A stretch of 64,000 bases of DNA from the human T2T-CHM13v2.0 reference genome, Homo sapiens. The stretch lies in assembly GCF_009914755.1 (NCBI RefSeq), contig NC_060944.1. One strand, given 5' to 3'. Within the stretch, counting starts at the first letter, position 1, and each line of letters starts with the position of its first letter. Below the pieces are notes generated by a model, which was given only the letters and a program-made list of their open reading frames with translations, was not told the DNA's origin and ran no database searches. Below are positions 32,381-49,544 of this stretch, piece by piece. The position numbers were made by a program, and so were the translations under genes.

Positions 32381-32794
32381 GCTAATGCCATGGCTTTTTA
32401 GAAGACAGTGGTAATCTCATGTCTGCTTCTGCATTCAGTCTGTTGCAGTACATCTTTTTGGTTAAACACATGAAAAAAACCTGGCCTTACCAGGCATGCA
32501 GTTGGAAAAGGGTATAGTGATACCCTTTTAATAGCCTTTTCAGATAATTATGGACGTTACTTGATATTATGCTGAAACTGGACAACTGGTCATTTCTTTA
32601 AAGCGGTTTGATGGGTTAACCCAAATAAAATGATACTGCCCACAGACTTGATTTTCTTTGAGGAACCTGGGTACAGCTGAGTTAAAGTGCTTTCCTCGTT
32701 ACTTAATTTATAAGAAAAGCAGCCTGTATCTCTAAAGACCTGTTCTATTTTGTGTGTGTTTAGTTTTTAAATATGCATTTCTTTCTTTCCATAG

Positions 32795-32889
32795 ATACTC
32801 TTCTTATTGACTATCAGTTCACCTTTAGTCTATCCCAGGAAGATGATCGCTATTACACAGCTATCAATTTTGTGGCTACTCCTGACGAA
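32795..32889 (+). CDS. ATRN: ATRN exon ~22, (Y)TLLIDYQFTFSLSQEDDRYYTAINFVATPDE
   Basis: Acceptor ttctttccatag|AT, donor GAA|gtaaga; 95 nt, phase 1 to 0. Confidence 0.97.
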
Positions 32890-33272
32890 GTAAGATTTTT
32901 TAAAGTCTTCCTATTTTGTTTTGAATTTGTATGGATCTTTTTCTTGGTCATTACGGATGGACGTACTGCCTTAACAGTGCTCTCCAGACTGGAGTACACG
33001 AGATGATCTCTAGAGGTATAGGAAAGAAATGTTAGACTCTACGTTATCTCCTTTCCACATAAAAGGCAAAAGTGATGTTAATAAGATTTACCAGGATCTT
33101 AGACACAGACTGACATTGATTCCACGCATACTTACTCTGCCTGTCAGCCCATCATGGCCTCATACAGAAAGGGGACTCCACCATCAGAGGGCAGATAGCA
33201 GAGCCTGGGTTTACTCTCTCAAGAGTGACCAGAGGCTTAAAGACACTGCTGATTGAAATGCCAGTGATGCAG

Positions 33273-33350
33273 CCCCAATCAGACAGCAAGGGAGGGGACC
33301 CCAATCAGACAGCAAGGGAGGGGACCCCAATCAGACAGCAAGGGAGGGGA
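33273..33350. repeat. Perfect 26-bp x3 tandem repeat (ccccaatcagacagcaagggagggga)
   Basis: Identical copies at 33273, 33299 and 33325. Confidence 0.97.
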
Positions 33351-34422
33351 CACTCTGCTCCTAGAGTGAGTTCTTAGCCTCATTAGGAGGCAAAACAGCA
33401 AAGGCTTAGTCGGGTCCATTAAGAAGTTAGCCAGGAATAATTTAAATTGTTAAAATATGTATGTAAAATGTGGATTTTTTTATCTGCTGTCATTAACGAT
33501 GAAGCCCAACCTGCCTTAAGGTATTACCTAGTGGTAGAAGGAAGGCCACACTGCGGGACATTTAAAACTGAAACATACAGAACACGAAGATGCACCTGTA
33601 CAGTTTCTTCAATGAAATATAAAGTCATGCAGTACCCACTTCAGTATTTAAAGAAATTTTGCTAAACATAATGGTAAATTATTTAGGAACTTCCTTGGAG
33701 ATTTCTTACTTCTCATGAACATACACAAAGCCATTTACCATTACAAAATTCCATTAACAATAAATGTGACAAATAATACATGGAAAACAATATGGCAGTA
33801 AGACAAAGTATATTGCTTTGTTAACAAATGTTATCTATAAACATTGCTAAATTTAATTTTAAAAGTAGAACAAAGTCTATAGTGTGGTATGTTTACTATA
33901 CAAGTAAATGAAAATAGGATTTGTTTTTAATATTCTATTTCAAAGATAAAATTAAGAAAAAATGTACTAGAAAAGATACATTCTCAAAAGTAAATTGCTT
34001 TTTAAGTAAAAATAATAAATTACTTTAAATGAATTATTTTATGGAAAAACTATAGGTATTAATATATCATTTGAGTGGCTGTATTGACTGGAATTTTTTT
34101 CTTAACGATTTTAGAATAAGATTTTAACAAAAGTACCATATATGAAATGTATTCACTGCCTCATAAGCAAGCGTTTGAAGTGCTCAAAATCTTTCAGGAT
34201 ATACTTCATGCCATTAATGTCATTAAAAAAATAAATATAGTAGAATCTTTGTAATACTTCTTAACCAGGTGGGAAGCAACCATGAAAGTATTTGGACCTT
34301 TCTGGATTTCCCAGTTTATCTTACGACAGAATACTTACTAGAGTTATCCAAATGCATATGTTCTGTCCTCTATAAAAGCACAAGCATTTTAAGTTTATTG
34401 ATTCTTTCTGTGGAAAGACATA

Positions 34423-34660
34423 TAGTTGACCCTTGAGCAATACAGGTTAAAACTGTGAGGATCCACTTACACGTAGACTTTTTTCAACCAAGCGTGGAAT
34501 GAAAATACAGTATTTGCAAGATGTGAAACCTGAGTATACAGAGGGTGGACTTTTCATATGCAAGGGTTCTATGGGCAGACTGCGGACTGGAGTATGTGTG
34601 GATTTGGGCATGCTCAGGGGGTCCTGGAACCGATGACCCACGTATACCAAAGGATGACTG
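34423..34660. mobile_element. MER8 (Tigger MITE)
   Basis: agttgacccttga...aggatgactg, TA on both flanks, 238 bp. Confidence 0.85.
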
Positions 34661-34662
34661 TA

Positions 34663-35100
34663 ATTGTTAGTTGTGTGCTGCCAGCAAATACTAAATACAA
34701 ATAAGTAAACACTTGAGCTGTCCTTTCAAGATGAAGGTGAGGTCTTATCAGTAAATGAGAAGGTAAATGCTTTGTGAGAGAAACTTCTGGTTTAATGATC
34801 ACATTTTAAAAATAGCTGTTTGGAAATGTTTCCATTGTTGTGATTTTGTGCTATTAAAATGATCAAAACAACACCCTTAAAAATCTTATTCTAACCTCTC
34901 AAGATCTTTTAAAAATGAATAATTTCAGTACAGTCGGATGCATCTGTAAAAGATAAAAATATAACATTGATTAGTTTGCAAAAATAATTGTTTGACCCCA
35001 GTTAAGAGATGTACTAGTCAAATTTCAGTTTGACTAATTATTAATGTTATAATTTACCTAACATCACCAACAGTACACTTCCTCCACTGGCTTAACAGAT
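34663..35100 (+). mobile_element. Charlie-like hAT transposase fossil
   Basis: Stop-riddled frame LELSFQDEGEVLSVNEKVNAL*EKLL...HFKNSCLEMFP resembles the hAT LNLSLQG...KV.AF..KL...EMFP region; extent uncertain. Confidence 0.55.
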
Positions 35101-35834
35101 TCCTCAGCAATATCTTTATTAGTCATTAAGACCAAGGATCAAAATAAATTAAGTTAGATTAGCCCTGTGAACTGCTATATCTCTAAGTGGTAGACAAGGT
35201 TTTCAAAACTAAGAAGCCATACTCAATCATATTTCTCTTGAAATAATATTTTTAGTAAGAGAAAAATATTTTTCAAATCATGAATATAATAAAATTATTT
35301 TTTAAATTAAGTACATTTCAGCTCTATATGCCTTTTTTAAAGGCTGTTTCCAGTTTTGGAGAAGTTTTACACTGTATATAATCTATGAGTTTAGAATTAT
35401 ATGGGTTTCAGTTATAAATAAATATAATTTTGGGCACTTGATCAAGTGTTTTATTGGTAGGAGTGAACTTCAGACATTTGAAAACAGCTGCCCAGAGAAT
35501 CCTTAGGAGGGTGATTCCCCAGCACAGGTCAGGAGATGCAAATCACTGTGCTCTGATAGGGGTCTTTTTAAAAGGCACTTTCTCATGCAGTTAGGCATTT
35601 GATAAAGCATTAAATTATGTATACTTTAATGGGAGGGAATAAAATTTTATTGGCATATATTGCTTGTATTAAGGAAAATTGGTTAGAAATTTTGCTAACT
35701 CTTCTGTGAGTTTCTCTAAAGACATCATAAAATGTTTGTGATTAAGAACATTTAGAGGAGTAAACTTTATTGCTTTATTTTAAAATCTAGAAATTGTTTT
35801 AATTAATTTTCTAATAATTTGTACCGCTCATCAG

Positions 35835-35913
35835 CAAAACAGGGATTTGGACATGTTCATCAATGCCTCCAAGAATTTCAACCTCAACATCACCTGGGCT
35901 GCCAGTTTCTCAG
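35835..35913 (+). CDS. ATRN: ATRN exon ~23, QNRDLDMFINASKNFNLNITWAASFS
   Basis: Acceptor gctcatcag|CAA, donor CAG|gtaaag; 79 nt, phase 0 to 1. Confidence 0.95.
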
Positions 35914-35989
35914 GTAAAGACATACCTAGAGAAGACCCCGCAAATGAAGGTGTGGTAGATTAAGAAATGTAATATAGGAATTGAGAAAG

Positions 35990-36200
35990 CGAGCTCAGGA
36001 GACAGATTGGTTTGAAACCCACCCTTGCCACTTACTAGCTATGAGACCTTGAGCAAGTATCTAAATCCCTCTCTAAACCTTAGCATTATTTTATTCATCT
36101 GTAAAGTGAGGATAATGATACTTACCTCTTAGAATTGTTGTATAGATTAAATTAGGTTATACCTACCAGAGCTTGCTGTGGTGTCAGGCTCAGTGTGTGG
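35990..36200 (+). mobile_element. MIR
   Basis: ccacttactagctatgagaccttgagcaagt...catctgtaaagtgaggataat. Confidence 0.85.
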
Positions 36201-36469
36201 TTACTACCCTAGCCCACCACCACCATTTCTGTTCTTGCTGTGGCCACTGGCACTACCATCATTGTCTACATTCGTGCTTCGGAAGTGAAAAATTCAAATG
36301 ATTCGTTTCAATAAATGAAAACATTTTAAATAAAATGAGATTTTAGTAGGTACAGAGAAATGTAACTTGGGAATTACATCAAGCTCTAAAAGCACAGCTC
36401 TTGCTGTCTGCCTTACTGTGATTCACTGAAGATCTACTGTATAGAAAATCTAAAGAAATAAAGGATGAA

Positions 36470-36781
36470 GGCCAAGTGCTGTGGCTCATGCCTTTAATCT
36501 CAACACTTTGGGAGACTGAGGCAGGAGGATTGCTTGAGCTCAGGAGTTTAAGACCAGCCTGGGCAACATAGTGAGACCCTGTCTACAAAAAAAAAAAAAA
36601 AAAAACCCAGGTGTAGTGACTCATACCTGTAATGCCAACTACTCAGGAGGCTGAGATGAGAGGATCACTTGAGCCCAGGGGTTGGAGATTGCACTGAGCC
36701 ATGATCGCACCATTGTACTCCAGTGTGGGCAAACAGAGCAAGATCCCATCTCTTTAAAAAAAAAAAAAAAAAAAGAAAAAA
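36470..36781 (+). mobile_element. AluJ
   Basis: Dimer; aaaaggat on both flanks. Confidence 0.92.
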
Positions 36782-36934
36782 GGATAATCACTACTTAACT
36801 TGATAACTCAACAAGTAGATATGGGTTTGAAATTTGTCCATTAAATTTACTTGCACCGTGCTGTTAGGCAAGTTACTTAAGGTTTCTGAGCCAGTTTCCT
36901 CCTGTATAAAGTAGGATAGTAAAAACACCGTCCT

Positions 36935-37265
<331 letters not shown>

Positions 37266-37571
37266 TTAAATGAGATAATAAATGAAGTACTCAATATAGT
37301 GCTTGAAATGTGGTAAATGGTAACTATATTTTATCATTATTACTATTACAATACTGGGTTTTTTAAAATCAAAAACACAAAGCAATGAGATTGATGCAAA
37401 ATAAGAATATTGCCTTGTGCACGCCACTTACGTTTATCATCTTAAAACATTGTGTAGAATTTGAGAAAAGTTCAGAAACTCTCAATGAGGAGGGACTTTT
37501 AAGAAAAAGTCTGAATTATCAGAGTATTTGGAGAAAGGCAACATCTCCAGGCATGTGAAAGATTTGCAATG

Positions 37572-37885
<314 letters not shown>

Positions 37886-38366
37886 TTTGCCATGAGTGTC
37901 TCAATGAAGACGTGATAATGTGGGCTCTAGTCACAGGGTCTAACTCAGACATGGAAAAAAGTCCATTTCATTAATCTTTATCGGCACTTGAATTCCTGGC
38001 TAAGGGAGAATGTGGAACATTGAAGGACTCTCTGGGAATAGGATGGAGTTATACCAGATTAGGGGGACTTAAATACTGTGGTAGCTGGTGGTAGAAGGGA
38101 GGACTGAGTGACCCCTTGAACCCCTCCTCCCTGCTACAGTGGGTTAGGCAGTGAGCGGTACATCAGCATTACTGGCATGGGAGTCTGGCGCATTGCCAAG
38201 GAGGTGTAAAGGGGAAATGCAAAGGAATTGAAGTGGTGTGGGCAAAGTGAATGCCAGTGCTTGTTAATAGGATTCTAGTGGTATCTGTATTTTCATGATC
38301 ATGTGTGTCACCTGTTTGGGGGTGGGGCAAGGGTGGAAGGGAGTTACATGGATTCCTGGTAAAACC

Positions 38367-38675
<309 letters not shown>

Positions 38676-38709
38676 AGTAAAACCATTTTGGTTAGGGGCA
38701 TAGGCTTGT

Positions 38710-38910
38710 ATATCAGCCTGCCCAGCTTTAAATCTTATCTCCATTTCTTGTTGGCTGTGTGACTTGAGGGAAGTTACTTAATTTCTGTGAACCTCAATTT
38801 CCCAGTCTATAAATGAAGATAATAATAGGGCAGCTGTGAGGATTAAATGAGATTGAGCTCTTAAAGGCTATTACTGGAACACAGGAAATGTTTGATAAAT
38901 GCTATTGTCC
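38710..38910 (+). mobile_element. MIR
   Basis: gctgtgtgacttgagggaagttacttaatttctgtgaacctcaatttcc...gtgaggattaaatgag. Confidence 0.8.
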
Positions 38911-38992
38911 TTATTATTAATGAGGCCAGATTCTGTTCTCCCCCTAGCCCCCCAAAAAATGTCTCTTCTCTTTCATGTTTTTCTTTTAACAG

Positions 38993-39150
38993 CTGGAACC
39001 CAGGCTGGAGAAGAGATGCCTGTTGTTTCAAAAACCAACATTAAGGAGTACAAAGATAGTTTCTCTAATGAGAAGTTTGATTTTCGCAACCACCCAAATA
39101 TCACTTTCTTTGTTTATGTCAGTAATTTCACCTGGCCCATCAAAATTCAG
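38993..39150 (+). CDS. ATRN: ATRN exon ~24, last exon shared by both isoforms, AGTQAGEEMP...TWPIKIQ
   Basis: Acceptor ttcttttaacag|CT, donor CAG|gtaaga; 158 nt, phase 1 to 0. Confidence 0.97.
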
Positions 39151-40028
39151 GTAAGAAGAGGCTTTTGGTCTCATACCTGCAAAGGTGGTGAAATCTCTTT
39201 AGTAAGACTAAATTTACTAATTTGGAGCTTGTGGTAAATGAGATGTGCAATGTGGCTTTGCCTTTGTAACGTGTATGGCAGAGGAGTGCTGAGCACATGC
39301 ATGCTGCACAGAAGATTGGAGTGGGGATGGACTGTATCACTCATGAAAGACATTTGCAAAAGCACTGTTGAAAGCAAGTTGGCATGTAACAGATTTGGTC
39401 ATTATAAACGTATTCACTTCTTCAGTGAGCATTTGCCATGTGAAAGCCTGTAGGGCTACACAAAGAACTTCAATTCTAGAGTAAGGTGGATGTAAGTGAA
39501 ACAAACCCACATATAACAACTGAAAGCCAGAGTGTGGAAAGTGACATGAGATGATCCCAGAAATGCTATCAAAGTTTAAAGGAGGACAAATGGGGAGACT
39601 ATGTTGAAGAACATCAGCCTTCTAGTCAGACAGAGGTGGATTGATTCCTGGCTCCTATACAAATCATACAGCCTTTCCAAGTCTCCAGTTCTCTGTGCAT
39701 GTGACCTGAAGGGTAGTTGTAAGGGGCTGTGCAGCTGCTGCAGTGTCTTGTTAGCCTGCTCCTTTCCTCTGTTCCCAGGGGGCCAGTGTACTCCCTCTTG
39801 TCCGAGACCCATGGCCCCATTTTAACTTTTTATACTCATGTCACCTGGGGCCTTTCCTCAATACCTTCTGCTTCTTACCTTCTTCATTTAGGTGAATGTG
39901 GAGGTTAGGGATAGGTGGGCTTTCAAGGACTGGTTCACCTTTAACCATGGAAGCATGGTCACTGGACGGAGGCTGTTGCTGTTTGCCAATGTTCAGAAGC
40001 ATAATCAACCTCAGAAGCAAGTCACCAC

Positions 40029-40813
40029 AAACATATGAAAAAAGTTCAACATCACTGATCATTAGAGAAATGCAAATCAGAACCACAGTGAGATACCATC
40101 TCACACCAGTCAGAATGTCTGTTATTAAAAAGTCAAAAAAGAACAGATGCTGGCAAGGCTGTGGAGAAACAGGAACGCTTTTACACTGTTGGTGGGAGTG
40201 TAAATTAGTTCAACCATTGTGGAAGACAGTCTGGCAATTCCTCAAAGACCTAGAGGCAGAAATACCATTTGACCCAGCCATCCCATTACTGGGTGTATAT
40301 CCAAAAGAATATAAATCATTCTGTAACAAAGATACATGCACATGTATGTTCATTGCAGCACTATTCACAGTAGCAAAGACATAGAATCAACCTAAATGCC
40401 CATCAGTGATAGACTGGATAAAGAAAATGTGGTACATATACACCATGGAATACTATGCAGCCATAAAAAGGAATGAGATCATGTCCTTTGCAGGGACATG
40501 GATGGAGCTGGAGGCCATTATCCTCAGCAAACTAATGCAGGAACGGAAAACCAGGTACCACATGTTCTCACTCGTAAGTGGGAGCCGAGAACACATGGAC
40601 ACATGGTGGGGAACAACACACACTGGGGCCTGTTGGAGAGTGATGGGGAGGAAGGAGAGCATCAGGAAGAATAGCTAGTGGATGCTGGGCTTAATACCTA
40701 GGTGATGAGATGATGTGTGTAGCAAACCACTGTGGCACACGTTTACCTATGTAACAAACCTATACATCCTGCACATGTACCCCTGAACTTAAAAATTAAC
40801 AATAACAAAAAAA
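40029..40813 (+). mobile_element. 5'-truncated older L1PA (about PA12-15): ORF2 C-terminus and 3' UTR
   Basis: ORF 39896..40384 has [19 protein letters not shown] and [16 protein letters not shown]; flanks aagcaagtcaccac / aagcaagttatcac. Confidence 0.93.
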
Positions 40814-41984
40814 GCAAGTTATCACTCATCAATTAGGATGCCTTGGGACTGTGACTAAAGAACAGTTGATCTTTCCATTCTGGAAATATGGAGGACAAAA
40901 ACTATGTTGTAGTTTTTCTCACCACCCTCTCTCCTTTTTCCTGTCTCCATGGTCTAAGATTTGTTAATCCTCTCATCAGCTTCTCCCTTTGCCCTCGCAT
41001 ACTCCCTGTGTCCCTCCTCAGCCAGTCTTGTAAGCATCAGCCACGCTTCTTATTCCTGTTTTCTCTTGTCTAGTCACACATCTGCTCACAATGGTCTGGC
41101 CTCTTCCCTCACCACATCCTGAAACTGTCCTGTCATAGTGGGCCCCAGTGATGGAATTTTTCAGTCCCCTTTTTATCTCATTGCATGGCTTTGAATCATC
41201 ATCTTTCTTGTCTTCCTGGATTTTTCTTTTCCTCGTTTTCTGGCCAGTCTTTTTAGGGAATCCTCTTCCTCTTCCTTAAACACTGGGCTTGTCTAGGATT
41301 CAGACCTGGTCCTTTTCTCTCTTCACTCTGTTTCCTGCATGTGGGACTTGTGCCACATCTATTCTGGTGATTCTCAGTGCTGTCTCCAGACCGGCACTGG
41401 CAGTTGCTGCCTGGACAGCCCTACCTGGGTAGTCAAAGCTCCCTGCGTTCGGTGCATATTCCTTCTTGTGATCTTAGCCCCAGACTTCCATGCTTCCTTT
41501 CTCTGTAAACAGCACCACCATCACCCTGTTGTACAAGCTAGGGCCTGATGATCATTTGCATTCCTGGGATAAACCCAACTTGAGCATGACGTATTATTTC
41601 CTTACTTTACACGTTGTTGGATTCAGTTTGCTAATATTTTGGTTAGAATTTTGTATCTATTTCATGAGTAAGAATGTCTGATAATTTTCCCTTCCTGTCC
41701 TTGTTATGGTTTTGATATCATGTTAAACTAACTTTTAATAATTATAATTTGAGGAGTTTTCACTCTTTCTCATCTCTGGAGATGTAAGATTAGAGTTAAC
41801 TGAACCTCAAGTACTTGGTAGCTCTCTCCTGTAAAATCATTTGATCCTAGTGTCTTATTTGTGGAGATACTTTTTAGCTGCTGATTCAGCTTCTTTAATA
41901 GTTATAGGATATTTTGAATTTCCTCTTTATTTGATTCCCTTTTTAATATTTTTTCTAGGTTTTTATATCATGTTTTTAAATGTA

Positions 41985-44430
<2,446 letters not shown>

Positions 44431-44489
44431 AAATATGTTGATAACTTGTTGATGCTGTCCTCTAATGCTCGCAGCGTCTGTGTTCATGA

Positions 44490-44594
44490 AACCCTTTGTT
44501 GTATTCCAATGTTGATAGCATTATTCACAGTAATCAAAATGTGGAAACAACCCAAATATCTATCAGTGGATGAATGGATAAACAAAATGTGGTA

Positions 44595-44646
<52 letters not shown>

Positions 44647-45033
44647 AAATAAAATGTTATTCAGCATTAAAAAGGAATGAAATTCTGATACATGCGACAA
44701 CACAAGTGAACCTTGAAAACATGCTAAGTGAAATAAGCTAGTTGCAAGAGGACAAATATTGAATGATTCCACTTAACATGAAATATCTAGAGTAGTACAC
44801 AGATTCTTAGAGACAGAAAGTGGATTGGAGGTTACCAGCAGCTAGGGGGAGCGGGAAATAGGGAATTACTGCTTCATGGTTATTAAAGAGTTTCCCTTTG
44901 GGGTGATGAAAAAGCTTTGGAAGTAGGTAGTGATATTGGTTGCACAAAATTGTGAATGTAATTATTGCCACTGATTTGTACACTTAAAAATGGTTAAAGT
45001 GATTTTATGTTATATCTTACTACAATAAAAAAA
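44490..45033 (+). mobile_element. L1MB-type 3' end, sense
   Basis: gatgaatggataaacaaaatgtggta...cacttaaaaatggttaa...caataaaaaaa. Confidence 0.85.
44599..44644. repeat. (TG)n microsatellite, about 22 units
   Basis: Directly visible. Confidence 0.97.
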
Positions 45034-45310
45034 GTCTTTAAAAATCACAGCAAGATGTTTTTGTAGATATAGACAAGCTTATTCTGAAATTTATATGAAA
45101 GGGCAAAAGTTCTAGAATAGCTATAACAATTTAGAAAAAGAAGAATAAAATGGGAAGAATCAACCTACCCAATGTTAAGGCTTACTATTTAGGTACAGTA
45201 ATCAAGACATTGTTTCAGGTAGAGGGGTAGACACACAGATCAATGGGATAGGCTGATCTATAGGTAGATCCCAGAAATAGAACCACATAAATATGTCCAA
45301 CTGATTAGGA

Positions 45311-45788
<478 letters not shown>

Positions 45789-46352
45789 CCCAGCTGATTT
45801 TTGACAAAGGCCCTGCAAAGGCAATTCAATGAAGAAAGGATAGCCTTTTAACGAATAGTGCTAGAGCAGTTGGACAACCATAGGCAACTAAAGGAATCTC
45901 TAAATCTCACATCTTATATAAGAATTAACGCAATATTGATCACAGATCTAAATGTAAAACATAAAACTATAAAACTTTTAGAAAAAAATATAGGAGAAAA
46001 TCTTTGAATCCCAAAACGAAACAAAACCTTTTTAGACTCGATACTAAAAACGTGATTCATAAAAGGAAAACTTGATAAACTGGACCACATAAAACCAAAA
46101 GTTTTTGCTCTGTGAGAAACCCTGTTATGAAGATGAAAAGGCAAGCTATGGACTGGGAGAAAATATTTGCAAACCATATTTCTGGGAAAGCACTTGAATC
46201 TAGAATATAATAACTCTCAAAACTCAACAGTAAACAAACGAACAATTCAGTTAGAAAATGGGCAAAAGACATGAATAGACATTTAACCAAAGAGGATATA
46301 CATATGGCAAATAATGACATAAAAGATGATCGGCATCAATAACCATTAGAGA

Positions 46353-46768
<416 letters not shown>

Positions 46769-47269
46769 TCACTCATACATTGTTGGTGGGAATATAAGAT
46801 GGTACAGTCACTCTGGAAAATACTTTGTTTCTTAAAAAACTAATGTTATACTTATCATATAACCCAGCAATTGCATTCCTAGGCATTTATCCTAGAGAAA
46901 TGAAAACCAGTGTTCTCACAAATCTCTGTACACCCGTGTTTATAGCACTTGAAAGCAATATTTAACAGCTTTATTTATAATAGCCCAAAACTGGAAACAA
47001 GCCAAATATTCCTCAACAAATGAATGCTTAAATAAATGATGCTACATACACACCATGGCCTAATACCCAGCAACAAAAAGAAATGAACTGTTGATATACA
47101 GAAACACAACAACTTTGATAAATCCCAAGCAAATTTTGCTGATTGAAAAAGAAAATCTTAGAAATTTATATACTGCATGATTGCATTTATATAACATTTG
47201 AAAATGAAAATTTTAGATCTTATATACCTATGCACATATTGAATAAGTATCCTGAAGCTTCAAATTTCT

Positions 47270-47420
47270 CTGACTTCTTAGGACTCTGATCTCTAGACCC
47301 TGTTTTAAAGGAGCTTATCTGATTAGGTCAGGCCTACCCACACAGGAGTAGGGAAGATACAGAGCGTGCCCATCAAGAGGTGGAAATCTTGGGGGCATTC
47401 TTAGAATTCTCCCTGCTGTA
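47270..47420. mobile_element. MLT1-type LTR fragment
   Basis: ctgattaggtcaggcctaccca...aatcttgggggcattcttagaattct. Confidence 0.6.
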
Positions 47421-48560
47421 GGCTGCATTTGGAATAGAGCTTGCAGGGGTTTCGGTAGTTTCTCCGATCCGAAAGAGGTTGAGCTCTAGGTTCCAGTCAG
47501 TATAATTTCAGTTTGGCAACATCTCCTGACACTATTAAGATATAGATTATATATATTTGTTAGGTTATTTTCATGTAAACACTTGATTAGGGTTCTAGTA
47601 AATAAAATTTATTTATTTACTCATTTTAAGTTGAGATTGTTTTTGTACTGACATACCTCTCCATATTCTCAATCTAATTGAACATCGTGCTTTGTTGCTT
47701 ATAGCTGACAAATGATTAATACTTTTTAGATTCTTAGTGAAAATCTTGACTTATGCTGCTGACACTTTTCCCAGTCTGTGCCTATAAGCAGGCTTTTGTG
47801 CTGGAGATGGCCATACTTGTTGCCAATGCCGAGTTTTTTTCCTCCCAGTTCCCTATTGCTCCACCCTCTGAAAGTCACTGAAGTGGTTTTAGAGCTTTCA
47901 TTCTAGAGGGAGCTCTTCCCCACACTTACTTCTAAGAAGTAATAATTTTAAGTTTCATAATCAAGGAGATGTTGATTTTCTTCCTGGTTTTCTGGTGCTC
48001 CTTATCTTTTCTGGATCACTAACTTAAATTAAGATCCACTTATGAATGCTGCATTCAGGAGCACTTGTGAAAATAAACGATGGCATGCCCACCATTTAGT
48101 TTGCCAAGCTTTCCTTGAAAACGCAGGTAAGTTCTATTGCAAACGTGTCTTTTTGCTGTTTGGTACAAATGACTGCACTATTCACTGTGACTAGGCCCGT
48201 GTCACCGTGTGTTCTCAGTCCTCGCATGAGAGCCTGGTTGACACTGGTTCTCTCTGCTTTGGGGACCGTATCTGGCTGTGCGCTATGTGGAGGGCTGAGC
48301 TCGTGTCTTCCTGGGTAAATACATCATGTTCTCATCAAGGGCTGCATGTTTCTTTATTGCTGTTTTTTCCCCAGAGACTTAGCTTTTCTAGGTGTGTAGC
48401 ATGGCTCTTAAATACACACATTTAGCAACTGTGCAAATTCAGTAAAAATGGAGAGACTTATTTAAGGAAGACAGTAGGGAAATGTCTAAATAGTGCAGTG
48501 TAGGCCATTCAGTTAAATTTCAGTATGGCTTTCAATGCATGCAAAGCCGTTTTGCCTTTG

Positions 48561-48822
48561 ATTCTCATTTTTTAAATTAGATTTTAAAAATTGAGATTCT
48601 CCTTTTTTAAATGAGATTTTAAAAATTGAGATTCTCCTTTTTTAAATGAGATTTTAAAAATTGAGATTCTCCTTTTTTAAATGAGATTTTAAAAATTGAG
48701 ATTCTCCTTTTTTAAATGAGATTTTAAAAATTGAGATTCTCCTTTTTTAAATGAGATTTTAAAAATTGAGATTCTCATTTTTTAAATGAGATTTTAAAAA
48801 TTGAGATTCTCATTTTTTTAAA
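48561..48822. repeat. AT-rich 35-bp minisatellite, about 7.5 copies
   Basis: Unit attctc(c/a)ttttttaaatgagattttaaaaattgag at 48561, 48596, 48631, 48666, 48701, 48736, 48771, partial at 48806. Confidence 0.98.
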
Positions 48823-49544
48823 GCAAAGTAACTGAGGAAATCTAATTCTCTACTTGGAAATTTGTGTAAGCATTGGGGCTTTAAAAATGGTAATACTAAA
48901 CTCAAGTTCCTTCACTCTGAACCAATCCCAGGATTCTTTTCCATAATTAGGAACAGATCAAAACCTATAACTGCTGAGGGAATTTGAAACTGACTATAAA
49001 AATCTTTGTAGATGCAGCTAAAAAACAAACAAAACCCACAGACTGAAAAGTCCTGTTTCTGGGAGGGTGGCGGGTGTGTTGGGGCCGGTTGTGCCTGTTT
49101 TTTGATTGGTTGTTCCTGTGGGTGAGCACCCTTCCCTCTGCCCCTGCTTTCTGAAAGCTATCCTAGTTGTTCTCCCCAGTAAGCCGGGGCTCAGCCGGCT
49201 TCAGCTATGTCCATAGTTTGGGGGCGTGGGCGGTAGGTATTCAAGATAGAAGATGGTTGGACAGAAAGTGTGTGAGGTGGGAAGGTGGAGTGGTGAGGCT
49301 CTGGCTCGTTCCCGACTCTGCAACAGAGGTTGTTACTGTAACGTGGAGCTAATATAGAAGTCTGCGTGCTGAGTGTTTCATCTACTGTTTTATGTAAGAG
49401 GCCAGTGTTCACAAGTAAAGGCAACACAGAATTGGTATTGAGAACTGGGCATTCATTTAGATTTTAGAGTTCTGTTTATGGGTGCTAACAGGATCGCTAT
49501 ACTGAGCAAGGGATGTGTGAAACTTTTGTTCACTTGGATGTGCT

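Noticed and set aside
39151-39237. Read-through of exon 24 (VRRGFWSHTC...WSLW-stop) as another soluble C-terminus
   Set aside because: Strong CAG|GTAAGA donor and no canonical poly(A) hexamer seen close by
39896-40678. ORFs of 162 and 90 aa
   Set aside because: C-terminal L1 ORF2 remnant split by a stop; not a host gene
48561-48822. Regular 35-bp periodicity reminiscent of a CRISPR array
   Set aside because: Head-to-tail repeats without unique spacers, in a primate intron; a minisatellite
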